DNA of 64,000 bases from Eubacteriales bacterium. Its GTDB lineage: Bacteria; Bacillota; Clostridia; Oscillospirales; CAG-272. Each line of letters begins with the position of its first letter. The first letter of the stretch is position 1. The stretch is from assembly GCA_045544955.1 (NCBI GenBank), contig JAZPZY010000029.1, forward strand, positions 24,412-88,411, written 5' to 3'. The position numbers were made by a program, and so were the translations under genes. Below are positions 18,143-26,889 of the stretch, piece by piece. Under the pieces are notes generated by a model. It was not told the DNA's origin, searched no databases, and saw only the letters and a program-made list of their open reading frames with translations.

Positions 18143-18913
18143 ATGAAATTCACAACTACATAGAGCCATCGCCCCTACACGCTTCCTTTCCGTGAAAAGC
18201 GTGCGGTTAATCCGTACGTTTGCCGTCTTTCTCACGATGCATCCAGCTTCACGCTGGAATACATTGATAACGGTGCTCCAGAGGCAGCACACCGGCTCCT
18301 GTGGCGTGTCCGGGATACCGGTGCGTTCAGTGAGGTTCCGCTGACCGATGGCACTATTACCGTAAACGGGCTTTCCGCCGATACGGATTACGAATTGTAC
18401 GTGGAGCGTGCGGACGGGAGCGGTGCACGGTCCGAAACCCGCCTCGTGCGTGTGGGATTTGTCCCCGGCAAGGTGATAAACTACCTTCATCCCGAGGACA
18501 CCGCCTACGCCTTTTCCGGCACGTCGGTGGATTCGCCTTCTCTGGTAAAACTGCCCACCGGACGGCTGATCGATCTGCCCATCCGGGATTCCAAATCCCC
18601 CATTCTGTTTGACGACGTGACCGGGCGGTACTATATGCTCTGCAACTACGCACCCGAGGGAGCAAACGTGGGACGCACGATCTGTGCCCTTATGTGGTCG
18701 GAGGATCTTGAATCCTGGACGCTTGACCGCCTCGTTATGGATTTCAGAGAACAGCCGCCGAAGCTGTTCGGTATTCAGTATTTTGATTACGTCTTTGACG
18801 GGGAGGATATCGTTTTTATCAGCCGTACAGCTTGCTGCGGTGCTTCCAATTTCCACGATGCAAACCACCAGACCTTCCATCGGATCAAAAACTTCCGCGG
18901 GGAGGGAAAATAA
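18143..18913 (+). pseudogene. Beta-sandwich + sialidase/BNR-like fragment gene interrupted by an in-frame TAG at codon 7
   Basis: ATG at 18143 (AAAGGTGA RBS) reads MKFTTT, then TAG at 18161-18163. The same frame stays open to 18913 (SHRPYTLPFREKRAV...YELYVERADG...FHRIKNFRGEGK). The first in-frame restart codon is TTG at 18395. Confidence 0.55.
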
Positions 18914-18965
18914 ATACGACCGGCGGAGAAAGCAACATAAAAAATACTATTCGGAGGATAAAATT

Positions 18966-20030
18966 ATGAATAACAAACTGAAAGTAGGACTGATCGGACT
19001 GGGCGGCATCTGCCGTTCCGCACACATGCGCGGCTACGCACAGATGGACAATATCGAAATTGCCGCCATCTGCGATATTCTGCCGCGGAAAATCAATGCG
19101 TTCCAGAAAGAATTTCACCTGGAAAACGTGCCTGCCTTTACCGATTATAAGGATCTTCTGCAGGTAGAAGGGCTGGATTTCGTGGATATCTGTACCCCCA
19201 ACTATCTGCATTCCGTGATCGCCGTGGAGGCGTTGGAGCAGGGGCTTCACGTATTCTGCGAAAAGCCGGATGCGGTATCCGTGGCAGAAGCACAGAGAAT
19301 GATGGCGGCGGCGGAAAAATCCGGCAAGAAACTCATGGTCATGCGGAACAACCGTTATCGCAAAACGGCAAGATACGTGAAGAACTTTATCGAAGAAGGA
19401 AAAATGGGCGAGATCTACTGCGGCCGCTGCGGCTGGCAGAGAAGACGGGGCATCCCGGGCAAGGGCGGCTGGTTTACCACGAAAGAACAGTCCGGCGGCC
19501 CTCTTATTGATCTGGGCGTACACATGATCGACCTTGCCATCTGGCTTATGGGCAATCCCACGCCGGTTGCGGTATCTGCCTGCACGTATGCAAAGTTTGC
19601 CGACAACAAGGTTTCCGACTCCGTGCATTCCGCCTTCGGCGAAAAAAAGGACGACGGCATCTTTGACGTGGAGGATCTCGCCATGGGATTCATCCGGTTT
19701 GACAACGGTGCCTGCCTGCAGATCGAGTTTTCCTGGGCGTCGAATATTGAAAAAGAAAACGTGTTCGTGGAGCTCCGGGGCACGAAAGCCGGCATGGAAT
19801 TCAAGGATAACGGCGTGAAGATCTTTACGGAAACCGAGGGTGTGCTGGAGGATCTTCAGCCCAAGATCACAGACGTTCCCGGCATACACGGGGAAAACCT
19901 CCGTCATTTCGCCGACGTTCTCATGAATGGGGCGGAGCCGGATTTCACACCGATCCAGGGCGTGAATATGATAAAAATTCTGGAAGCCATGTACAAATCG
20001 GCAGAAACCGGCTTTGAAGTCCGGCTGTAA
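18966..20030 (+). CDS. Gfo/Idh/MocA-family NAD(P)-dependent oxidoreductase
   Basis: Start MNNKLKVGLIGLGGICRSAH (Rossmann GxGxxG) 8 nt after GGAGG. EKP motif (FCEKPDA). The long 5' extension in the ORF track overlaps the upstream gene and is not used. Confidence 0.85.
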   Translation: MNNKLKVGLIGLGGICRSAHMRGYAQMDNIEIAAICDILPRKINAFQKEFHLENVPAFTDYKDLLQVEGLDFVDICTPNYLHSVIAVEALEQGLHVFCEKPDAVSVAEAQRMMAAAEKSGKKLMVMRNNRYRKTARYVKNFIEEGKMGEIYCGRCGWQRRRGIPGKGGWFTTKEQSGGPLIDLGVHMIDLAIWLMGNPTPVAVSACTYAKFADNKVSDSVHSAFGEKKDDGIFDVEDLAMGFIRFDNGACLQIEFSWASNIEKENVFVELRGTKAGMEFKDNGVKIFTETEGVLEDLQPKITDVPGIHGENLRHFADVLMNGAEPDFTPIQGVNMIKILEAMYKSAETGFEVRL

Positions 20031-20065
20031 ACTGCAGAAAAATCATTTCCGAAAGGAGCAAACGT

Positions 20066-21034
20066 ATGGAACTTTCCGTTATGTCTCCCGTTTTGAATAA
20101 AATGGGAATGGAGGACGCCCTCAAATATCTCAGCAGTCTGGGCGTGGACAGTATTGAGCTGGGTGCCGGCGGCTATCCCGGCAAAAAGCACCTGAATCCC
20201 CGGGAGTATATTGACAATCCCGAAAAGGTGCAGTGGCTCCGGGATCTTTTGAAAAAATACAATATAAAAATCTCGGCGATCGCGTGTCACGGCAACCCCG
20301 TGCATCCCAATAAGGAAACGGCGGCACGGTTTCATAACGAATTTGTGGACGCCATGAAGGTGGCCGCCCTTCTGGGGGTGGACACGATGGTTGGCTTTTC
20401 GGGATGCCCCGGCGATTCGGAGACGTCGAAGAATCCCAACTGGGTTACTTGTGCCTGGCCGCCGGAGTATCTGGAAACGCTGGACTGGCAGTGGAACGAG
20501 GTGCTTATCCCCTACTGGAAAGAAACGGCGAAACTGGCAAAAGAGATCGGCATAAAGAAAATCGCCTTTGAAATGCATCCGGGATTCTGTGTGTATAATC
20601 CGGCAACACTGCTGAAACTCCGTGAGGCGGTGGGAGATATCGTCGGTGCAAACGTGGATCCCAGCCATCTGTTCTGGCAGGGGATGGATCCCTGCCAGGT
20701 GATCAAAATGCTGGGCGGGGATGCGATCTATCATTTCCACGCCAAGGATACGAAGATCGATGCGGCGAATACGGCAAAAATCGGCGTGCTGGATACCCAG
20801 AAATACGGCGATATAAATAACCGTGCCTGGGTATTCCGGACGGTGGGCTACGGCCACGGAAAAGAAGTGTGGAACGACATTATTTCCACGCTGAAGGTGG
20901 TGGGCTACGACGGTGCCATTTCCATCGAACACGAGGACGGGCTTATGTCTCCCCGGGAGGGGCTGGAAAAGGCCATTGCCTTTCTGAAGGAAACCATTAT
21001 TTACGAAACAGCCGGAAAGATGTGGTGGGCGTAA
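20066..21034 (+). CDS. Sugar phosphate isomerase/epimerase (xylose isomerase-like TIM barrel) family protein
   Basis: 322 aa. AP-endonuclease-2/xylose-isomerase-like TIM pattern (IELGAGGYPG..., AFEMHPG, ISIEHED). AAGGAG RBS. Confidence 0.75.
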   Translation: MELSVMSPVLNKMGMEDALKYLSSLGVDSIELGAGGYPGKKHLNPREYIDNPEKVQWLRDLLKKYNIKISAIACHGNPVHPNKETAARFHNEFVDAMKVAALLGVDTMVGFSGCPGDSETSKNPNWVTCAWPPEYLETLDWQWNEVLIPYWKETAKLAKEIGIKKIAFEMHPGFCVYNPATLLKLREAVGDIVGANVDPSHLFWQGMDPCQVIKMLGGDAIYHFHAKDTKIDAANTAKIGVLDTQKYGDINNRAWVFRTVGYGHGKEVWNDIISTLKVVGYDGAISIEHEDGLMSPREGLEKAIAFLKETIIYETAGKMWWA

Positions 21035-22125
21035 TGAAAATCTATAAGCTGGGCATCATCGGATTCGGAAGCATGGGAGCTTCGCACTACAAAATTATTT
21101 CGGATAAATTCAATCTTCCCAAATATCCCGGTTACGTAGAGAACGTTCAGGTAAAAGGCGTTTTTGATCTGAATCCCAAAAGAATGCGGGCGGCAGAAGA
21201 GTACGGACTCATTGCTTATCCCTCAAGAGAGGCACTGCTCTCCGATCCGGAGATCGATATCGTGCTTGTTGCCACAACCAACGAGGCACATATGGAAAAT
21301 GCTATTGCGGCCCTGGAGGCGGGGAAGCACGTGATCTGTGAAAAGCCGGTTACGATAAGTTCGGATGAACTCAAACAGATCATGGAAACGGCAGAGCGGA
21401 CGGGAAAACTGTTCACGGTGAACCAGAACCGCCGTGTAAACCGGGATTTCGTCCTTATGCGGGAAAAGGTGGAAAGCGGTATTCTGGGAAACGTGTACGT
21501 GATCGAATCCCGCGTGGAGGGATCCCGGGGCGTTCCTGCCGGCTGGCGTACCGTGAAAAAGCTGGGCGGCGGCATGATGCTGGACTGGGGCGTACACCTT
21601 ATCGATCAGATCCTGTATATGCTCCCGCAGAAGGTGACGCAGGTTTACTGTAAAATGCTCCACGTTCAGTACCAGGACGTGGACGACAACTTTCATCTGC
21701 TCCTTACCTTTGCGGACGGACTTACGGTCATCATTGAGGTTTCCACCAATAACTACATAACCCATCCCCGGTGGTACGTGCTGGGTGAGCGGGGAACCAT
21801 GACGATTGAAAACTGGGACTGCACGGGGAAGATCGTTCGCCGGACGGATACGGACGGGGAATGGGAAGAAGAGGTCGTAATGACCGCCGCCGGTCCCACG
21901 AAAACTATGGCGCCGCGCAATCCCAAATCCACCGAAACCATCGAACTGTCTATGCCCGAGGGGCTCGTGGACAGTTTAAGCAAAACTTACGACCAGCTGA
22001 CGGCGGCAATTGAGGGGAAAGCGCCCCTCACCATCACCGCAGAGCAGGCGATGCGTGTTATGAAGGTGATGGAGGCGGCCTTTGCCTCCGCCGAAACGAA
22101 CCGGGTAATGGACGTTGATCTGTAA
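21034..22125 (+). CDS. Gfo/Idh/MocA-family NAD(P)-dependent oxidoreductase (second copy)
   Basis: ATG overlaps the upstream TAA (GTAATGA). MKIYKLGIIGFGSMGASHY Rossmann motif. ICEKP motif. Confidence 0.85.
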   Translation: MKIYKLGIIGFGSMGASHYKIISDKFNLPKYPGYVENVQVKGVFDLNPKRMRAAEEYGLIAYPSREALLSDPEIDIVLVATTNEAHMENAIAALEAGKHVICEKPVTISSDELKQIMETAERTGKLFTVNQNRRVNRDFVLMREKVESGILGNVYVIESRVEGSRGVPAGWRTVKKLGGGMMLDWGVHLIDQILYMLPQKVTQVYCKMLHVQYQDVDDNFHLLLTFADGLTVIIEVSTNNYITHPRWYVLGERGTMTIENWDCTGKIVRRTDTDGEWEEEVVMTAAGPTKTMAPRNPKSTETIELSMPEGLVDSLSKTYDQLTAAIEGKAPLTITAEQAMRVMKVMEAAFASAETNRVMDVDL

Positions 22126-22152
22126 ACAAGCTGAATACGGAGAGGAGTTTCT

Positions 22153-25100
22153 ATGAAAGGTATGTCCAAAAGAATTTGTGCTCTTTTGCTGGCGTCCGTT
22201 CTGTCGGCGGGCGTTCTTCCGGCGTGCCGTGCCGAAGATACCCAAAAGGCCGACGAGACGCAGAAAGCCGAGGATACACAAAAAACTGACGACACGCAGA
22301 AAGCCGAGGACTCCCCAAAAACGGAGGACACTCAAAAGGCGGAAGAGCCGGAGGGACGTGTTCTCATCGACTGGAACTGCGACACGCTTGAAGAGGAATT
22401 TATATCTCTCGGTGCCAATACGTATCCCCATTATTATTTTGCCGATTCTTCAATGAAGGGCGTGGAACCGGGCACCGTGTACATGGCCGGCAACGCAAGA
22501 GCTTCCGGTTACGCCACCATGACGTTGCAAAGCGAAATGACTACCGCCGCCGTCACCCTGGAGATGGATATGAAGGTGGATTCTTTCGTAACCCCGGCGT
22601 CAAATCCGAACACGCGGGGATTCGTTATTGAGTTTACACTGCCGAACGGCAAGCTGCTGTATATCGCTTTGCGGGATATGGACGGCACGACGGATGAGGA
22701 CGGCAATAACGCCACGCTGCACGTATCCAGCCTGGACCGTGCCTCCGAATACGGATACAAGGAACGGATCGCCATTCCCACGGACGGAAAGTTTCACACC
22801 TGGACATTCCAGTACGACGGGGAAAGCTTGCTCCGCCTTTCCATTGACGGAGAAACCGTGCAGGATTTCCCGGAGGTAAACGTCTTCCATAGCAAGGACG
22901 CCGGGCGGCTGCAGCTAAAAAACGTTATGCTGAACCGGACGGAGGATTCCGCCTTGAACGTGATTACGTTTGACCGTATCAAGGTAACGGAGGGCACCAC
23001 CCTTCTGCGGCGGGAGATCGAAAGTGCCGCCGTGGCTCCGGGTGCCGTGGCAGAACGATTCACCGTTACTGCCCGGTTGAATCGCCTGGAAGAGAACGGC
23101 ACGCTTACGGTATCGGTCTTCCCCCGGGGTGAAGAGGAGCGGGCGGTGACAGCATCCCTGATGCCGGAAGCCCTTTCGACGGACGTAACCCTGGAGGATC
23201 TTCCCTTTACCGGGCTGTGCACCGTGCTTGTGCAATACGCCGACGCACAGCCTTTCTCGTTCAACTATTATCTGTATCATTCCTATGAGAAAATTGCCGC
23301 CGGTGACGAAGTGAAGGCGAAGCAGGCTGACGCGGCCTACGTATTCACAGATCTGGGGGCAGCAGAGGTGCCCGAAGATTCCACTTGGTACACGTTGGCG
23401 TGGGAAACGGCAACAGATTCCGGCTCCGCCCTTTGCACCCCTGCCGTGGGGAAGGCGCAGCCGCTTACCGTGCCCGTAACCCTTACCGGTAAATACGCCG
23501 TATTTGCCGGCTATGTGGAAGGCTCTCAGGCCATCGGCGTAAACGGAACGGAGGTGTCTCTTGATGCCCCCGGAAAGATTGGCACCAATATCTGCGAGAC
23601 GTTCGTCGCCGCCGTGGATGCGGACGGGGAGGAGATCACCCTTGAAAACGTCCCCCATGCTTTCGCACAGATTGCGTATCTGAAGTTCTTGTCCATTTCG
23701 GACGAGCTTTACGATATTGCCACCCGCAAGGACGATTCCCACACCTTTATCACCGACAACGACGGGTATTCCACACTGACGGATAAAAAGCACGGTGATT
23801 ACGAAACGCTGTTCAACAGTGACTTTGTGAAGCCGTATAACAGTATTGATCAGCGGCAGTTTATCTGGTGCACCTTCTCCACCTCCATTCTGAACTACGA
23901 CAGTGAAGTCTGGTGGGAGTACGTGGAAAGCCGGCTGCGTGATCTGAACATCCCCGAGGACAAGTGGCCTGAGGATTTCCTTGACCATGTGGACACGGAG
24001 GGAAACCATCCGGATTATGATGGGCTGATGCGTCAGGTGGACAAAAACGCCTACAGCAATATACGTGCCTTGAACAAGGAAGGCTATCCCCATAAGGTGC
24101 TTTCCGATATGGCGGCTGAGAAGATCGAGGACAGCCAGTTCTACGTATCGCTCCGTATGTCTCACTACGACGACGGTCAGTACGCTTTCCAGACCGGTGC
24201 CCTACATCATCTGCATCCCGAATGGATCAGAGAAGGCGGCGTACAGGCAAGCTACGCACACGAGGAGTACCGGAATTATCTCCATGATATTCTCATTGAG
24301 ATGGCCGAGCCGGAAAACGTCACCGGTGTCCTTATGGATTTTGGCAGATATTACTACATTTTCGGCGACGAGCTGACGGACGTGGAAAAACGTACAGAGA
24401 TCATGAACGAATTTGTGAAGAGCGTGCGCGACGATCTGCCAAAGGGTAAGAAACTCACCGTACGTGTGTTGGATCCCATCTATGAAAAGGCCACCGTATG
24501 GGGGCTGGACTATAAAACGTGGGTAAAGGAAGGATGGGTAGATCGGGTATACATCTCCTGCCAGTCTCACGAGACGTTCTTTGATTTTGACGAATACATT
24601 ACGTTCTTCGAAGAGTATCCGGAGACGGAATTCTATTTGGGCGTAAACGCAACCCTGTCCGGCACCGATACGACCAAGGCAGAAGAAGAAATCCTGCAGG
24701 CGGGAGGCACTGTTCAGCAGCGGAAGCGGGTGGACAAGATGGACATCATGCTTCGCATCAGCGACTTTTACGCCGCCGGTGCGGACGGCGTGTTCACCTT
24801 TAACTGGTCGGGTACCGCGTCCATGTTCCAGAACGTCCAGAACGCCACCCGTATGCTGAAGTGGTACTATTTCACCTATCCTACGACGCTTTCACAGCCC
24901 CCAAAGGCTATGTTCACCGACAAGGGCGGTCAGCGTGTGATCTTTGATTATGACTGCGCGTCTCTCTCCGTTCCGTTTGTCAGCCTGGGGGACAATGCGT
25001 ATCCGAACTACTACTTTGCCGATCACAGAATGGACGAGACCGTTCCCGAGGGCGTAATCTATCTTGGTGGCACGGCCGCGGAAAAAACCGGCTATGCCAC

Positions 25101-26082
25101 CCTCACCCTGCCTCTTACCGGTGCAGGAAAAGCGTATACGGTTACAATGGATCTAAAGATCGACTCCATCATGCAGCCCTCCGCGTCGCCTACCTGGCGG
25201 GGACTCATTTTCGAGATCTCCAATCCCGGGGCACCGCTTCTGTATTTCACGCTGAACGGCATGGAGACGGATGGGGACGGAAACAACGCCGTTCTGTATC
25301 TGTCAAAGAAAAAACGTGCCGGCACCGACGTGGAAAAGAAGATCGCTCTGCCCGATGATGACGAATTCCACACCTGGACCGTTGACTTTGACGGCAAGGG
25401 CGGCGTGGTGATCTCTATCGACGGAAAAGAACTCGTGAAGGCGGACGGCATTACCGTCCAGCCGAAGCAGGATAAACCGATCCTGCAGATCAAAAATATG
25501 ATGATGGATATCGCCGCCGGGCAGAACTCCCTCTTTATCGATTCCGTAACGGTCACCTCCCAGGTGGAGGCACACACCACGGCACCGCTTATCCAGGAAA
25601 CAAATGCCGAAAAGATCGCCGCCAAGGCCACCGTGGAACGCCGTGCCGAGGTGCTGGGATTCCCGGTAAAGGATTCTGATTTTGAAAAGGCATGCACCGT
25701 TGAGAATGCCGCAGATCCCGGAAAGTATACCTCCCACGGAAAGGAAGCCGAGGTCCAGTTTGCCTACGATAAAACGGCAAAGCAGCTGACGTTGTACGTA
25801 ACGTATAATCTGAATTCCTGGCTGAAGGATCTTTATCTGACGGACAGTGCGGGAAACAGCGTTGACTTCTATTCGGACAGAACGTACGGGGCGTCAAAGG
25901 CGGGGAATACCCTGTGGAGCCACGCCTATGCGGAAAAGAATCACGCAGACGCGGTAAAGACCGTCACGCTGGTTATCGATAATGTAACCGAACTGCCGGA
26001 GAAATACGTACTGTTTGCCAACAACTGCGGCACGAGCACCGGTTTCACGGCAAAGATCACCGTGGAATTTCCAAAAGAATAA
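22153..26082 (+). CDS. Giant secreted lipoprotein: acidic linker, lectin/LamG-like domain, TIM-barrel glycoside-hydrolase-like core, second LamG-like domain, C-terminal beta-sandwich (function unknown)
   Basis: Signal peptide with lipobox LPAC (Cys25). Internal duplication of a ~200-aa module (YPHYYFAD/YPNYYFAD, DGNNATLHVS/DGNNAVLYLS, FHTWTFQYDG/FHTWTVDFDG). Central region is weakly reminiscent of GHL10/DUF187-type TIM barrels. Paralog of 37770-41690. Confidence 0.8.
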   Translation: MKGMSKRICALLLASVLSAGVLPACRAEDTQKADETQKAEDTQKTDDTQKAEDSPKTEDTQKAEEPEGRVLIDWNCDTLEEEFISLGANTYPHYYFADSSMKGVEPGTVYMAGNARASGYATMTLQSEMTTAAVTLEMDMKVDSFVTPASNPNTRGFVIEFTLPNGKLLYIALRDMDGTTDEDGNNATLHVSSLDRASEYGYKERIAIPTDGKFHTWTFQYDGESLLRLSIDGETVQDFPEVNVFHSKDAGRLQLKNVMLNRTEDSALNVITFDRIKVTEGTTLLRREIESAAVAPGAVAERFTVTARLNRLEENGTLTVSVFPRGEEERAVTASLMPEALSTDVTLEDLPFTGLCTVLVQYADAQPFSFNYYLYHSYEKIAAGDEVKAKQADAAYVFTDLGAAEVPEDSTWYTLAWETATDSGSALCTPAVGKAQPLTVPVTLTGKYAVFAGYVEGSQAIGVNGTEVSLDAPGKIGTNICETFVAAVDADGEEITLENVPHAFAQIAYLKFLSISDELYDIATRKDDSHTFITDNDGYSTLTDKKHGDYETLFNSDFVKPYNSIDQRQFIWCTFSTSILNYDSEVWWEYVESRLRDLNIPEDKWPEDFLDHVDTEGNHPDYDGLMRQVDKNAYSNIRALNKEGYPHKVLSDMAAEKIEDSQFYVSLRMSHYDDGQYAFQTGALHHLHPEWIREGGVQASYAHEEYRNYLHDILIEMAEPENVTGVLMDFGRYYYIFGDELTDVEKRTEIMNEFVKSVRDDLPKGKKLTVRVLDPIYEKATVWGLDYKTWVKEGWVDRVYISCQSHETFFDFDEYITFFEEYPETEFYLGVNATLSGTDTTKAEEEILQAGGTVQQRKRVDKMDIMLRISDFYAAGADGVFTFNWSGTASMFQNVQNATRMLKWYYFTYPTTLSQPPKAMFTDKGGQRVIFDYDCASLSVPFVSLGDNAYPNYYFADHRMDETVPEGVIYLGGTAAEKTGYATLTLPLTGAGKAYTVTMDLKIDSIMQPSASPTWRGLIFEISNPGAPLLYFTLNGMETDGDGNNAVLYLSKKKRAGTDVEKKIALPDDDEFHTWTVDFDGKGGVVISIDGKELVKADGITVQPKQDKPILQIKNMMMDIAAGQNSLFIDSVTVTSQVEAHTTAPLIQETNAEKIAAKATVERRAEVLGFPVKDSDFEKACTVENAADPGKYTSHGKEAEVQFAYDKTAKQLTLYVTYNLNSWLKDLYLTDSAGNSVDFYSDRTYGASKAGNTLWSHAYAEKNHADAVKTVTLVIDNVTELPEKYVLFANNCGTSTGFTAKITVEFPKE
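22231..22356 (+). repeat. Seven tandem 18-bp (6-aa) repeats encoding an acidic linker (AEDTQK-like)
   Basis: In-frame units AEDTQK ADETQK AEDTQK TDDTQK AEDSPK TEDTQK AEEPEG directly after the lipobox cysteine. Confidence 0.9.
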
Positions 26083-26109
26083 ACGATACCGATACAAGGA
26101 GGACGTACA

Positions 26110-26889
26110 TTGCGAAAGGATTATCACATGCATCCCACCGTGCTGAAGGCCCCCGGGCGGTTTGATCTGTTTGTACAGAAGGCCCTGGCGTGCGGTATCG
26201 GAGAGATCTGTGTAACGGATCACATGCCCCTGTCCATCTCCGGTGCCAAGGATCGCATCCGGGCCGGTGAGGTGAAAAATTACTGCCGCCGTGTCCGGGA
26301 ACTTGCGGAAAAGTACGAAGGGATCCTGCGTATCAAGTGCGGTATCGAGATCGATTATCATCCGTCCGCCCTTGCGGAAATCGAAAGTGTTCTGGAGGAC
26401 GGCACGTTTGACTTCATTCTTGCCTCCTCCCATATGCACGTTTTTATTGGGGATTTTGAAAACTACACTTTTTCCGATTTTGCAAAGGCGGCTCTTGAAA
26501 ATTCCCTGAAGGCGGCGGAGACCGGCTGGTTCCACGCCCTGTCCCATCTGGATATGTACCGGTTTGCCTTTGAGAATCCCCACCGGTTTCCGCTTATAAA
26601 GAATGCGTATTCGCCCGAGATGAATGAGTGCCTTATAAAGGAACTGCTGGATACGGTCGTTCGCCGGGGCATGTTTTTGGAGATCAATCCGCACCTGGCG
26701 GAGGCAAAGCAGGATCTGTCTTTTGTGTATCCGGCGGAGCCTATCGCACGGTGGGCACTGGAAAAAAACGTGCAGTTTTCCTATGGCTCCGATGTACATA
26801 ATCCGGATTCCGTGGGCGTGTATCTGGAGGTTTTGGAAAATCATCCCGTATACGGAAAAGCGTTGAAACAATGGGAGGATGAAGTATGA
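26110..26889 (+). CDS. PHP-family phosphoesterase (HisJ histidinol-phosphatase-like)
   Basis: TTG start 7 nt after AGGAGG. N-terminal DYHMH metal motif, VTDH, SSHMH and GSDVH motifs typical of PHP/HisJ. Confidence 0.75.
   Translation: MRKDYHMHPTVLKAPGRFDLFVQKALACGIGEICVTDHMPLSISGAKDRIRAGEVKNYCRRVRELAEKYEGILRIKCGIEIDYHPSALAEIESVLEDGTFDFILASSHMHVFIGDFENYTFSDFAKAALENSLKAAETGWFHALSHLDMYRFAFENPHRFPLIKNAYSPEMNECLIKELLDTVVRRGMFLEINPHLAEAKQDLSFVYPAEPIARWALEKNVQFSYGSDVHNPDSVGVYLEVLENHPVYGKALKQWEDEV

Noticed and set aside
18161-18163. Pyrrolysine or other programmed recoding of the in-frame TAG.
   Set aside because: No pyl genes or PYLIS-like context is visible in the window, and the stop is at codon 7 of a gene that also appears internally shortened. 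Pseudogene or sequencing error is more parsimonious. The site is still reported as a finding so it can be verified.
18684-20030. N-terminally extended versions of the two Gfo/Idh/MocA ORFs (18684 and 20869 starts in the ORF track).
   Set aside because: The extensions overlap the upstream genes in another frame and lack RBSs. Internal ATGs at 18966 and 21034 have strong RBS or coupling signals and begin exactly at the Rossmann motif.
22231-22356. Regular 18-bp tandem repeats as a possible CRISPR-like or minisatellite array.
   Set aside because: The repeats are contiguous with no spacers, in frame, and encode an acidic AEDTQK linker after the lipobox. This is a coding low-complexity region.
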